Under the pieces are notes generated by a model. It did no database searches, was not told the origin of the DNA, and saw only the letters and a list, made by a program, of their open reading frames with translations. 41,600 nt of DNA from a virus. Taxonomy: Duplodnaviria > Caudoviricetes. Shown here piece by piece: positions 24,327-33,667 of the stretch. Positions within the stretch are counted from its first letter, which is position 1; each line of letters begins with the position of its first letter. The position numbers and the translations under genes are program-made. The DNA is taken from positions 1-41,600 of the IMG/VR virus record IMGVR_UViG_3300037483_000165; one strand, given 5' to 3'.

Positions 24327-26517
24327 CGTGTGCTGTTCCGTATTGAACCAATCCCAATGGCTCAGGGATATGATGGGTTCCGTCTATTGCCAGACGTTTG
24401 ATGATTGGGAATTGATTATCGTGGACGATGGCTCTACGGAAGATATCAAGTCCGTAGTGGATTCGTTCAAGGACGAGCGTATCTCCTATCATCGGTTTGA
24501 GAGCAACCGGGGCATCCCGCACGGAATCAATTACGCGATGGAAAAGGCCAGCGGTGAATTTATCAGCCTGTTGGCGGCGGATGAATTGCTGTCAGAAACC
24601 AAGCTGGAGGATCAAGTCGCGTTCCTCGATCTAAACCCTGATATAGACGCAATATGGGGCATACCGGGGAATGGTCCTACGGGACTAAGACCGCTTTACG
24701 AACAGAATGCGCTTAGAGCGCACAACCGAAGTCCCAAGGCTTGGGTCAGGACGCTGCTCAATCTGGAGAACGTGCCTATCGGCGGAGCTTCCATGCTCTG
24801 CAGAAAGAAAGTGTTTGAGGAGATTGGCTACTTCGATCCTCAACTCACGATCTTTTCAGATCATGAATGGTTTGTGCGGTTTTTCAAGCCCAGGAAAGGA
24901 TTTGTCTTGCCTTACCGTTGGGCATTGTCGCGCCCTGAAATTGCGCCGACTTCTCCTAGAAACCAGAATCAAGCGGTGGTTCACAATGAATTGGGTTATG
25001 TCAGGAAACGACATGTGCTGGAGACTCCTAGTGTAGAGCCTACCGTCACAGTGGGCATCGCCGTTAAAAACATGGCGCACTTCATCGGTGATGCTCTGGA
25101 TTCAGTGTTTGCACAGACATTACAGCCTGTTGAAATCATCATTCTGGACGATGGCTCAACGGACAATATCCGGGAAGTGGTATCCAAATACAAAGACCCT
25201 CGCATTCAGTTTTTCCGATTCGAGGAAAGCCAAGGCGTGATGAAGGCGAACAACTACATGATGAGCATAGCCAAGGGGACGTTCTATACGCCTTTGGCGG
25301 CGGACGATACGATTGACAAGGATTATCTCAAGAAAGTCATACACGAATTCACGCAGAATCCATGGCTGGAGTTTGTATCGAGTCAAACGGATTTCATGAA
25401 TGAAACAGGCAAGACGCTTGAATCTCCTGAGACTCCGTTTCAACATGGCGCGATGGGAATAGCCAAGCCCATCAATCAACCCCGCGAGCGGTGGCTGGCT
25501 CAGATGTATTACGGGAATGTCTATTTTGGAGTGGGGACATACAGAACGGAAACGCTCAGGGAATTAGGGGGATGGGGAACGGGCTTCGGTGTATTGGGCG
25601 ACTATGAAATGTATCTCAGGCTGCTCCAGAGGGAGAATATCTACGTCATCCCGGAGAACCTGACGCATACCCGATTGCATGAAAAGAATATGTCCAACCT
25701 TCAGAACAACAAACCGGGGGAAGGAAAGAATCTGCAAGAGCTTTACATGCTGGCAAAGAAGGATTACTACGCTCCCCGGATGAAAGTTGTTATTGCTACG
25801 CCGTTCTATGAAATGAAGGGCTTTAGTCCTTACATTTCCAGTCTGGCGAATACGATAAAGCTTTTGACGATGCTAGGCATAGAACATTCGTTTTTCGAGT
25901 TGTCCGGAGATTCTTACGTCGCCAGGGCGCGCAATACGATTTGCACGATCTTTCTTGAGGACCCTGAGAATACCGATCTGTTTTTTATTGACTCGGATAT
26001 GAAATGGGATGCGGAGGCGTTTGTCAGGATGTTGATGCTTCCCGAGGGTGTTGTAGCAGGTTCTTATCCCGCTAAAAACATGTGGGAAACCTGGACTTCA
26101 TTTCCGATAGTCAAGGAGGAGAAGGGCCACGTTCATCCCGTTGGAAGGCCCTTGCAGGATGGAAGTGCTTTGCTTACCGCAGAGACCGTTGCAACCGGCT
26201 TTTGCCGGATTAAACGGTATGTCTTGGAGCAGTTCAGGGATCATTACAAAGACTATCGCTACAACGAACCGGGGGCGGATCAGGCACACCCCGACCGTGA
26301 ATACATCGAGTTTTTCGCTACCAAGCGGGAGGATGGCTTGTGGTGGGGCGAGGACCGGCTATTCTGCAAGCGACTTAAGGAAATGGGGATGGATATATTC
26401 ATTTATCCCAACGTCAATATGGGCCATTACGGCGTCAAGGGATGGTCGGGGAACTATGACAAGTTCCTGAGAGGACAGCATGGCGACAGCACTGGAAGTC
26501 ATAGTAAGAGCGTATAA
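24313..26517 (+). CDS. three-domain glycosyltransferase (GT2 + GT2 + phage-type GT-A), 734 aa
   Basis: ELIIVDDGSTE and EIIILDDGSTD GT2 motifs; third domain IATP..SYVARARN..FIDSD..TGF..GED..FC. Confidence 0.9.
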   Translation: MPRVSVCCSVLNQSQWLRDMMGSVYCQTFDDWELIIVDDGSTEDIKSVVDSFKDERISYHRFESNRGIPHGINYAMEKASGEFISLLAADELLSETKLEDQVAFLDLNPDIDAIWGIPGNGPTGLRPLYEQNALRAHNRSPKAWVRTLLNLENVPIGGASMLCRKKVFEEIGYFDPQLTIFSDHEWFVRFFKPRKGFVLPYRWALSRPEIAPTSPRNQNQAVVHNELGYVRKRHVLETPSVEPTVTVGIAVKNMAHFIGDALDSVFAQTLQPVEIIILDDGSTDNIREVVSKYKDPRIQFFRFEESQGVMKANNYMMSIAKGTFYTPLAADDTIDKDYLKKVIHEFTQNPWLEFVSSQTDFMNETGKTLESPETPFQHGAMGIAKPINQPRERWLAQMYYGNVYFGVGTYRTETLRELGGWGTGFGVLGDYEMYLRLLQRENIYVIPENLTHTRLHEKNMSNLQNNKPGEGKNLQELYMLAKKDYYAPRMKVVIATPFYEMKGFSPYISSLANTIKLLTMLGIEHSFFELSGDSYVARARNTICTIFLEDPENTDLFFIDSDMKWDAEAFVRMLMLPEGVVAGSYPAKNMWETWTSFPIVKEEKGHVHPVGRPLQDGSALLTAETVATGFCRIKRYVLEQFRDHYKDYRYNEPGADQAHPDREYIEFFATKREDGLWWGEDRLFCKRLKEMGMDIFIYPNVNMGHYGVKGWSGNYDKFLRGQHGDSTGSHSKSV

Positions 26518-27211
26518 GGCTCTGACCGTAGTCGGCAGCGTATCGTCCGCGACTTCTCCCACCACGGAGCAGCGTAACGACGGGCTGACTGCCTTAAATT
26601 CATTGCTGGATTCTCTGAATAACGAGAACCTGACTTGTTATTCGGTCAGGGACAGCAGCTTTACTTTAAGCATAGGGGTTTCAAGCTATACCGTGGGGTC
26701 TGGGGCGACGGTGAACATTACCCGTCCTCTACAAGTCATTCAGGCTTATCTACAAGACTCTGGAGGGAATAACTATCCACTGACCATCAGGACAAGGGAC
26801 CAGTGGAACAACATCGGAAACCGCAGCTCGATCATTACTTCTCAAATCCCTACGGATTGTTTTTACGATCCGACTTATCCGAATGGGGTTTTCGCGGTTT
26901 TTCCCTATCCTCTAGCGGCCTACACGGTTTTCTTTGATTCCTATGCGCCGCTGGTTTCTCTTTCGACGCTAACCGAAAGTTTAGCTTTCCCGCCCGGTTA
27001 TGAGCGGATGATGGTCTACAACCTCGCGGCTGAAATCGCCACGGCTAACGGGATAGTCAACGACGTAGTGCCTCAAGTGATGGAACTCGCTTCCAAATCT
27101 ATGGCTGCGATCAAGAGAACCAACATGGGAAACCGGGAGATTGTTGCTCAGTATGACGGGGCGATTGTGAGCAGAGCTTACCCGACGTACAACATTTATT
27201 CTGACAGATGA
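26480..27211 (+). CDS. head-tail connector, P22 gp4-like
   Basis: RAYKAL..DGL.ALNSLLD, RP, FPPGYE..YNLAAEIA. Confidence 0.75.
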   Translation: MATALEVIVRAYKALTVVGSVSSATSPTTEQRNDGLTALNSLLDSLNNENLTCYSVRDSSFTLSIGVSSYTVGSGATVNITRPLQVIQAYLQDSGGNNYPLTIRTRDQWNNIGNRSSIITSQIPTDCFYDPTYPNGVFAVFPYPLAAYTVFFDSYAPLVSLSTLTESLAFPPGYERMMVYNLAAEIATANGIVNDVVPQVMELASKSMAAIKRTNMGNREIVAQYDGAIVSRAYPTYNIYSDR

Positions 27212-27483
27212 GAATTATTCTTGCTTACACATTGGGCAATCGGGATGCGACGACAAATAAAGACGCTCGCATTCTGAATGGATTTGTTGAGAGCGATGAG
27301 AACATGGTTAGGGCTATTAAACGACCGGGGCTTAATTCGTCTTATTCGGTTACTACAGGGAGCGGGGCGACTTCCACTAGCGGCCAAGCATTGTTTGCCA
27401 TTACTACACCTTCGGCTCCGGGAATAGCCGGGACGGCGATGCTTTTTGCCGTTCGTGGTGATGTGATTACGAGGGGAATATGA
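27208..27483 (+). CDS. stand-alone N-terminal module of gp10-like tail hub (short version)
   Basis: NRDATTNKDARILNGFVE..KRPGL. Confidence 0.65.
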   Translation: MRIILAYTLGNRDATTNKDARILNGFVESDENMVRAIKRPGLNSSYSVTTGSGATSTSGQALFAITTPSAPGIAGTAMLFAVRGDVITRGI

Positions 27484-28679
27484 AAATCCCTCTAGCAACG
27501 AGTCTTAAGAATCGTGACGCCACCACGAATAAGGATGCTCGCATTGTTAACGGGTATGTGGAAATCAAGGGCGATCTCAAGAAAGGCGGCTCTGCCAGGG
27601 TCTATAAAAGACCCGGCCTGACCTCTGCTTTTGAAGTCATTGCCGGGGGTGGAGGGGGACAAGGTCTCTACGTGCCAACCATACCCGACGGAGAGGGTGA
27701 CGGCGTTCCTGGAGTCATTATCGGGGATATTCTGACCCGTGATCCTACCCCAATAACCAAGAACCTGTTTTTTAGTGTCCAGCCGGTGAATTGGATTCTT
27801 ACTTCGGCCATGAGTCCGGCGGTTGTGGTGAAGGCTTATACCGCCTTTGGCACGGCGGTTATTGGTTATACGGGTGATGTGACGGTATCCTTATCCACCA
27901 ACCCGACCGGCGCGACTTTGGGCGGCACGGTGACGGTAACGGCTGTGGCTGGGGTAGCGACCTTTAGCAACCTGACGATGGACCGCAGCGGGGAAGGCTT
28001 CAGGATGATAGCGACTGCGTTGGGATTGACCTCCGTCCCGAGTGACGCTTTCAATATCCCTACTGAATGCGCTTTCACTACTCAGCCTGCCAGTGGCCAG
28101 CCGAATGTGACACTTGATGCGGTGGTAGTCACAATACAGGATGCGGTAGGAACGACGGACACTAATTACAGCGGAGCTATTACCCTTGCTCTTTACTCTA
28201 ATTCTGCTGGTGGAACGTTATCGGGAACGCTCACGGTAAACGCGGTTTCCGGTGTAGCGACATTCTCTAATCTTCAGATTGATACCAATGGCACCTATAC
28301 GCTTAAAGCGAGTGCCGCCGCTGATTCAGGAAATGACGCCTATACGCCGGGGCCGAAAGTAAGTGATTCGTTTGCTATAGCTGAATACATCCTTACTGCT
28401 GTGGCTGGTGGCCCTGGGGAATTTGGCTTTTTCTTTGGTGGACCCGGTTCTATATCTCCGACAACTTTAAATGGACAAACCATACAAGCATGGTTTTCTT
28501 CTCCAGCAGATGGAACATGGTTTAGAACTACTGGAACTGACCCGGCGTTGTTTACTTCTGTTACGGCAAATGGAATCACTTTGCTTTCAGCAGACGCTAC
28601 CTTTTCCGGAAATTCCTGGAATTGGCCGTTAACTAACATGTTTACCGCAGCCGGGACTTATGGGGCGACATTTACGTAA
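27480..28679 (+). CDS. gp10-like N-terminal module fused to two Ig-like domains and a C-terminal domain
   Basis: NRDATTNKDARIVNGYVE..KRPGL; two F..QP...AV.GVATFSNL repeats. Confidence 0.75.
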   Translation: MKIPLATSLKNRDATTNKDARIVNGYVEIKGDLKKGGSARVYKRPGLTSAFEVIAGGGGGQGLYVPTIPDGEGDGVPGVIIGDILTRDPTPITKNLFFSVQPVNWILTSAMSPAVVVKAYTAFGTAVIGYTGDVTVSLSTNPTGATLGGTVTVTAVAGVATFSNLTMDRSGEGFRMIATALGLTSVPSDAFNIPTECAFTTQPASGQPNVTLDAVVVTIQDAVGTTDTNYSGAITLALYSNSAGGTLSGTLTVNAVSGVATFSNLQIDTNGTYTLKASAAADSGNDAYTPGPKVSDSFAIAEYILTAVAGGPGEFGFFFGGPGSISPTTLNGQTIQAWFSSPADGTWFRTTGTDPALFTSVTANGITLLSADATFSGNSWNWPLTNMFTAAGTYGATFT

Positions 28680-30056
28680 ATGCCTACTACCTCCGCCATA
28701 TCAACCGCCGTTGCTGGTCTTAAGTTCCAGATCAAGCAAACCCAGAACGGGGCCGCTGTTTTCCTGAAAAACGCGGTAACGGCTTATTCCGTGACCGGCT
28801 CCAGTGGAGCGTTCAATCAGATTACATCGGCTAACTATCCCGCGACGACTGTCCCCGGTGCGGTGTATCTCAACGACTACATGTTTGTTCAGCATATCGA
28901 GGGGGCGATTTTCAACAGCAGCAGTGGCACCATTCTGGATTGGGGGTCTCTTGACTTCATCACTCCTGAAAAAGAGCCTAGCTGCGCGGTGGCGATAGCC
29001 AAGTCGCTTAATTTCCTGGTCGCTTTCAAGCAATGGGATACCGAGTTTTTCTACGATCCGGGGACGAATACCTCTCCCGGTTCGGTGCTATCTAACGTCG
29101 AGGCGCAGTATCTAAAACTAGGCTGTGCTACGGCGGATTCCATTGTTGAATTTGACGGTGGAGTCGTGTTTATGTCCAAGCGGGACCAAGCGCAAAGATC
29201 AAGGGAAATTCACGTATTGAATGGTTTAACCCCAAAGAAGATCAGCACGGCGGAAGTCGAGAGGATTCTAAATGCCGATGATCTGGATACCTGTTACGCC
29301 TTGTATCTTTCGACTGCGGGGCATCAGTTTTACGTGCTGACGCTAAAGACGACCAACATAACCATCGTTTACGATTTCAATAACGGGCTTTGGTATCAGT
29401 GGAGTTATTTAACCATTCAATCTACAAACTCCGTTACGACTCTGACTTCATCCGGCGTTACGGCAACTGCAACGGCAACGAATCATGGATACTCGGATGG
29501 CGATCCTGTGTTAATCGCAGGTGCTACGCCTTCCGGCTATAACGGGACTTGGAACATAACCAAAGTGGACGCGAATACGTTCACCTACATGCTGGACTCT
29601 GCTTTATCAAGTCCCGCTACGGGAACGATTACAGCAGCGGGTTACGATGAAGCTTACTTTCCTGCGGTAGCTTATGCGACTTATAACAATCTTGATTTAG
29701 TGCTGCATGAGACGAACGGCATTATCTACGCTCTGGACGCGGATGTGTATGATGATGAAGGGGCGCCGATCAATTTCATGATGAGGACGCCTAACTTTGA
29801 CAACGGCAATCTGGAACGAAAGCAGATGATACGCTCTCGACCGATTACCGATCTGCAAACCGGCAGGATGTATGTCAGGCACACGGATGATGACTATGCC
29901 AGTTATTCACGCTATGAACCCGTGACATTGAGCAACTATGAGACCAATCTACCAACTCAGGGCGAGTTTCACAGGCGCGCTTTTGAACTCAAATACACTT
30001 CTACTACCGCGATGCGGGTAGAAGCGCATGAAATAGACTTTAAGCAAGGAAAATAA
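28680..30056 (+). CDS. P22 gp10-like tail hub/stabilisation protein, lacking the N-terminal module, with FCCH-like insertion
   Basis: YLNDY, DF..PE.EP, TEFFYD, GC, KISTAEVERIL, GHQFYVLT, RRAFE; NHGYSDGD.V.IAGA..YNGT. Confidence 0.8.
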   Translation: MPTTSAISTAVAGLKFQIKQTQNGAAVFLKNAVTAYSVTGSSGAFNQITSANYPATTVPGAVYLNDYMFVQHIEGAIFNSSSGTILDWGSLDFITPEKEPSCAVAIAKSLNFLVAFKQWDTEFFYDPGTNTSPGSVLSNVEAQYLKLGCATADSIVEFDGGVVFMSKRDQAQRSREIHVLNGLTPKKISTAEVERILNADDLDTCYALYLSTAGHQFYVLTLKTTNITIVYDFNNGLWYQWSYLTIQSTNSVTTLTSSGVTATATATNHGYSDGDPVLIAGATPSGYNGTWNITKVDANTFTYMLDSALSSPATGTITAAGYDEAYFPAVAYATYNNLDLVLHETNGIIYALDADVYDDEGAPINFMMRTPNFDNGNLERKQMIRSRPITDLQTGRMYVRHTDDDYASYSRYEPVTLSNYETNLPTQGEFHRRAFELKYTSTTAMRVEAHEIDFKQGK

Positions 30057-30057
30057 C

Positions 30058-30867
30058 ATGCCTAACTTTTACGAAGATCAGCCTTATACGGACATTGCCA
30101 ACCTTTCAAGAAGGCAATCGGCTAATGCTTTAAGCTTTGGCGATCAAGCGGCCAAGTATGCCGATCCTTTCATGGGGGAAAGACCGCAGTATCAAAATCA
30201 GCTTAAACAACTGATGACGAATCCAGGTGAATTTGGATCAAGCCCAGTTTATGAGTTTGCCTATAACAAAGGGCTTGATGCGATCAATAGAAGGGCTGCG
30301 GCTCAGGGGCGGTTAAAGTCGGGTAATTACCTTGCTGAATTGATGGACTACGGTAAAAAGTCAGTATCAGAACTTTACTACCCGCAGGCTAATCTCTTAT
30401 CTAATCTCGCCATGAGCGGATCGAGTCCATCGAGTGCCGGACGGTCCTACGCCTATGGCACAGAAAGGGCGCAGGACTATGAATCGCTAGCCCAAGCGGC
30501 CAAGAGCCGGGGGCAGATCAATCCTCAAATGAATCAGAACCAGACGCCTTGGTGGGCGCAGAGTCAGAGAGCGACTAATGAAACTAACGCTCCCGGCTTG
30601 ACCAACATGATGCCCGCCAGCTACGGACTGCCTTCCGGGGGTTATGACTATAGTGGCTATACACAACCAGGTTATACGCAGCCGGGGGGGATGTTTGGCG
30701 GTGATTACGGGGCAGGTAATCTAGACTATGGCGCCGATTTCGACAGTGCTTATGGTGGAGATTATGGAGGTTACGGTGGGGGCTATGGTGGAGGGGATGA
30801 TTACTGGACCGGGAATCTAGACTATAGCGCTGATTTCGGGGATGACTTCGGAGGTTATTATGATTAA
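30058..30867 (+). CDS. DNA ejection (pilot) protein, gp7-like, with Gly/Tyr/Asp-rich tail
   Basis: SPVYEF..GLDAINRRAAAQG.LKSGN.LAELMDYG; position after gp10. Confidence 0.7.
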   Translation: MPNFYEDQPYTDIANLSRRQSANALSFGDQAAKYADPFMGERPQYQNQLKQLMTNPGEFGSSPVYEFAYNKGLDAINRRAAAQGRLKSGNYLAELMDYGKKSVSELYYPQANLLSNLAMSGSSPSSAGRSYAYGTERAQDYESLAQAAKSRGQINPQMNQNQTPWWAQSQRATNETNAPGLTNMMPASYGLPSGGYDYSGYTQPGYTQPGGMFGGDYGAGNLDYGADFDSAYGGDYGGYGGGYGGGDDYWTGNLDYSADFGDDFGGYYD

Positions 30868-31714
30868 TGCCCTGGAGCTTTACGAAAGATATCGCGGTCA
30901 GGACCTGGACCGCGACCTGAGAGAGCGTCAGTTTTCCGAGCAATCCCAAGCGAGGGGTATGCAGAATCAGTTGATGCAATTCAACATGCAGAAAGCCCGC
31001 GCAGATATGGAACGCGAGAATCAGAGAAGGAACTATCTCGCGCAGGCTGCGGGCGGGAACATGAACGCTTTGATGTTGGCTGATCCTAAAGCGGCTATTC
31101 AACAGCAGCAAATGCAATCGCGGGAGAGGCTGGGGCGTGAAGGCATGGTTTCACGCGAGCGCATGATGAGAGACCGTATCCGGCAGCAAGCAGAAGCGGC
31201 GAGGATTAAGAATGATCCTGCATTAGCAGGACAGATTGCTCAGGAAAAGGAACGAGCTAAATTCGCGCTGCAAATGCCGGAAGCCCTCGCGACTTCTGAG
31301 CAGGCCGTTAAACAGATTGACGAATTGATAGGCGATGAATCAGGGACGATCAAACCGCATCCTGGGTTAGAAACTGCCGTGGGTATGACGTGGCTCCCCG
31401 GCGCTCGTTTCATCCCCGGTTCAGATACAGCCGACTTTATGAGACGGCTTGACCAAGTAAAGGGCGGTGCTTTCATGCAGGCATTCCAAACGCTAAAAGG
31501 CGGCGGCCAGATCACGGAGAGAGAGGGGGAAAAGGCGACCGCTGCGATTACTCGCATGGATACATCGCAAAGTGAGAAGGAATTCAGAAAAGCCGCCCGC
31601 GAATTTCAGGGGATTATTAGGAGCGCAATGGAGAGGGCAAAGACCCGTGCTGCGCCGCAAGGGCGGCAAACAGGCGCGGGAGAATTCAAAGTCTTGGGAG
31701 TTGAGAAACCGTGA
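30860..31714 (+). CDS. DNA ejection protein (gp20-like position)
   Basis: Gln/Met-rich helical N-terminus; AFQTLKGGGQITEREGEKA motif. Confidence 0.65.
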   Translation: MINALELYERYRGQDLDRDLRERQFSEQSQARGMQNQLMQFNMQKARADMERENQRRNYLAQAAGGNMNALMLADPKAAIQQQQMQSRERLGREGMVSRERMMRDRIRQQAEAARIKNDPALAGQIAQEKERAKFALQMPEALATSEQAVKQIDELIGDESGTIKPHPGLETAVGMTWLPGARFIPGSDTADFMRRLDQVKGGAFMQAFQTLKGGGQITEREGEKATAAITRMDTSQSEKEFRKAAREFQGIIRSAMERAKTRAAPQGRQTGAGEFKVLGVEKP

Positions 31715-33207
31715 CCATTTACCGCGTTCAAGCTCCTGACGGCTCGATCCTTCGCATAGAAGGACCGGAGGGCGCACGGCCTGAACAGTTAATGGAAGTT
31801 GCCCGTTCTCAGTGGAAGCTGCCGAAAGACTATAAGGCTATGTCCGCGCCTGTGGCTGTAGACCCGACTGAGGATATGTCAGTGGGCGGGAAACTATTAG
31901 CCGGGGCGGGTAAGGCGTTTTATGACATAGGACAGGGGGGGGCACAGTTAGTCGGGAAAGGCGAGTCACCCGAGGAACTACGCAACCGCAGGGAAGCGGA
32001 CAAGCCGTTAATGGCTACCGGCGCTGGCATGACTGGAAATATCGGGGCTAATGTCCTAGCGGCCATACCGACAGCGGCCATTCCTGGGGCTAATACAGCC
32101 GTAGGAGCGGGTCTTATAGGCGGGGTGTTAGGAATGCTCCAACCTACCGAGTCTATGGGCGAGCGGGCCGCTAATACGGCCTTGGGGGGCGCTTTATCGG
32201 CTGGGGGGCAAGCGGCTTTCGGGGCAGTGGCTAGAAGGTTAGGGGCTGGTCCTAAAGTCGTTGCGCCGACCATTCGAGATCAGACCTTTAAGGAAGGTAT
32301 TGAAGCCGGTTATACCGTTCCCCCCTCCGCTGTGACGGATTCGTTTATTGGGCGAAGGCTTGAGAGTGTAGCCGGTAAGGCTGCATTGGGTCAGGAATCC
32401 GCGATCAGGAATCAGCCTGTTACCAACAAACTCGCTGCTAAAGCGGCGAGTCTACTGCCAGATGAGCAGATTTCTCTAACTACTCTGAAAGCGGCTAGAG
32501 AGCGTCTGTCAAAGCCTTATCAGGAAATTGCCAGCGTTTCACCTTTGGCAAAGAACGCACTGGAACAGTGGAGAGAAGCCAATAAACAAGCACAAGCTTG
32601 GTATAAAGCTTATGAACGACTTCCATTGCCTTCCCTGCAAAACAAAGCCGAGAAATTCAAGCAATCTGCGGCATTTGCCGAACAGTTAATGGAAAACGAA
32701 GCCATTAAGTCCGGAAGGAATGATCTGATACCCGCATTAAAAGCGGCTCGCGTAGCCATTGCGAAAAACTTCGATGTGGAACGCGCTCTTAACTTGGGAT
32801 CAGGCGAGATAGATGCATCAGTTATTGGGAGGGCCTTGGATACTGGTAAGCCCATGACGGGAGAATTAGCGACGATTGGAAAATTTCAGCAGGCCTTCCG
32901 TCCTTACATGAGGGAAGGCGGTCTAGTTCCGACTCCCGGAGTGAGTTACACGGATGCGGGTATGTCTGCTTTACTAGGAACTATCGGTGCTTCTGCTCAT
33001 GGTCCCGCTGGTGTGGTGGCCGGTGGATTGCCGTTACTCAGAAGTCCTGTCAGGAATATGCTTTTATCCAGGGCGGTTCAAGAATCGTTGATAGCGCCAC
33101 AAGGACCGGGAAGGATTAACCAAATTGCCGCAAGGATGTTACCCGAAGAAAGCGCAAGACTGGCGGGACGTATTGGTGTGCCTGCAGCTTATTTTGGAAG
33201 CGAATAA
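31711..33207 (+). CDS. DNA ejection protein (gp16-like position)
   Basis: YRVQAPDG..IEGPEGA start; Gly/Ala-rich hydrophobic segments. Confidence 0.65.
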   Translation: MTIYRVQAPDGSILRIEGPEGARPEQLMEVARSQWKLPKDYKAMSAPVAVDPTEDMSVGGKLLAGAGKAFYDIGQGGAQLVGKGESPEELRNRREADKPLMATGAGMTGNIGANVLAAIPTAAIPGANTAVGAGLIGGVLGMLQPTESMGERAANTALGGALSAGGQAAFGAVARRLGAGPKVVAPTIRDQTFKEGIEAGYTVPPSAVTDSFIGRRLESVAGKAALGQESAIRNQPVTNKLAAKAASLLPDEQISLTTLKAARERLSKPYQEIASVSPLAKNALEQWREANKQAQAWYKAYERLPLPSLQNKAEKFKQSAAFAEQLMENEAIKSGRNDLIPALKAARVAIAKNFDVERALNLGSGEIDASVIGRALDTGKPMTGELATIGKFQQAFRPYMREGGLVPTPGVSYTDAGMSALLGTIGASAHGPAGVVAGGLPLLRSPVRNMLLSRAVQESLIAPQGPGRINQIAARMLPEESARLAGRIGVPAAYFGSE

Positions 33208-33356
33208 TGGAAGGCTGGCAAATAGCATTGTTCTTAAAACCTCTTGGCATCCTGTTAATTATGACGCTTGTTGTTTTTCCTATTAAATGGCTGATGCTTA
33301 AATTCATCCCAGAGGGAAAAGTTAGGCGATTTCTGCTCTTTAGGTGGAAGGTATGA
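33207..33356 (+). CDS. 49-aa membrane peptide, absent from ORF track
   Basis: MEGWQIALFLKPLGILLIMTLVVFPIKW; TAATG and ATGA coupling. Confidence 0.55.
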   Translation: MEGWQIALFLKPLGILLIMTLVVFPIKWLMLKFIPEGKVRRFLLFRWKV

Positions 33357-33667
33357 GCGCCCTAACCCCCGTCCCCGCAGTCCCCATCCGGGACGATGCC
33401 CAACAGGATGCGATCTGGAAACGCTGGTTATCCCAGCTCCAGATCAATCAGGGGTCATTAGGCGGATTTGCTGCGGGTTCAGTCATATTCGCTAATGGAG
33501 CTGGTGCGCTAACGACTGATGCCAACTTTACCTATAACTCCTCGACTGACGTATTAACCGTCAACGGCTCGACGTTTGGGCAGGATGTAAGCGTTGCGGG
33601 GAACTTGACTGCTGCTAATCTTATATCAACCGCGCAAATTGCAGCGCGAGTAAGTTTGAGAATCTAA
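33353..33667 (+). CDS. short tail fibre adaptor
   Basis: P.P..WKRWL N-terminus; GSVIFANGAGALT.DANFTY fibre motif; coupled to fibre gene. Confidence 0.55.
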   Translation: MSALTPVPAVPIRDDAQQDAIWKRWLSQLQINQGSLGGFAAGSVIFANGAGALTTDANFTYNSSTDVLTVNGSTFGQDVSVAGNLTAANLISTAQIAARVSLRI

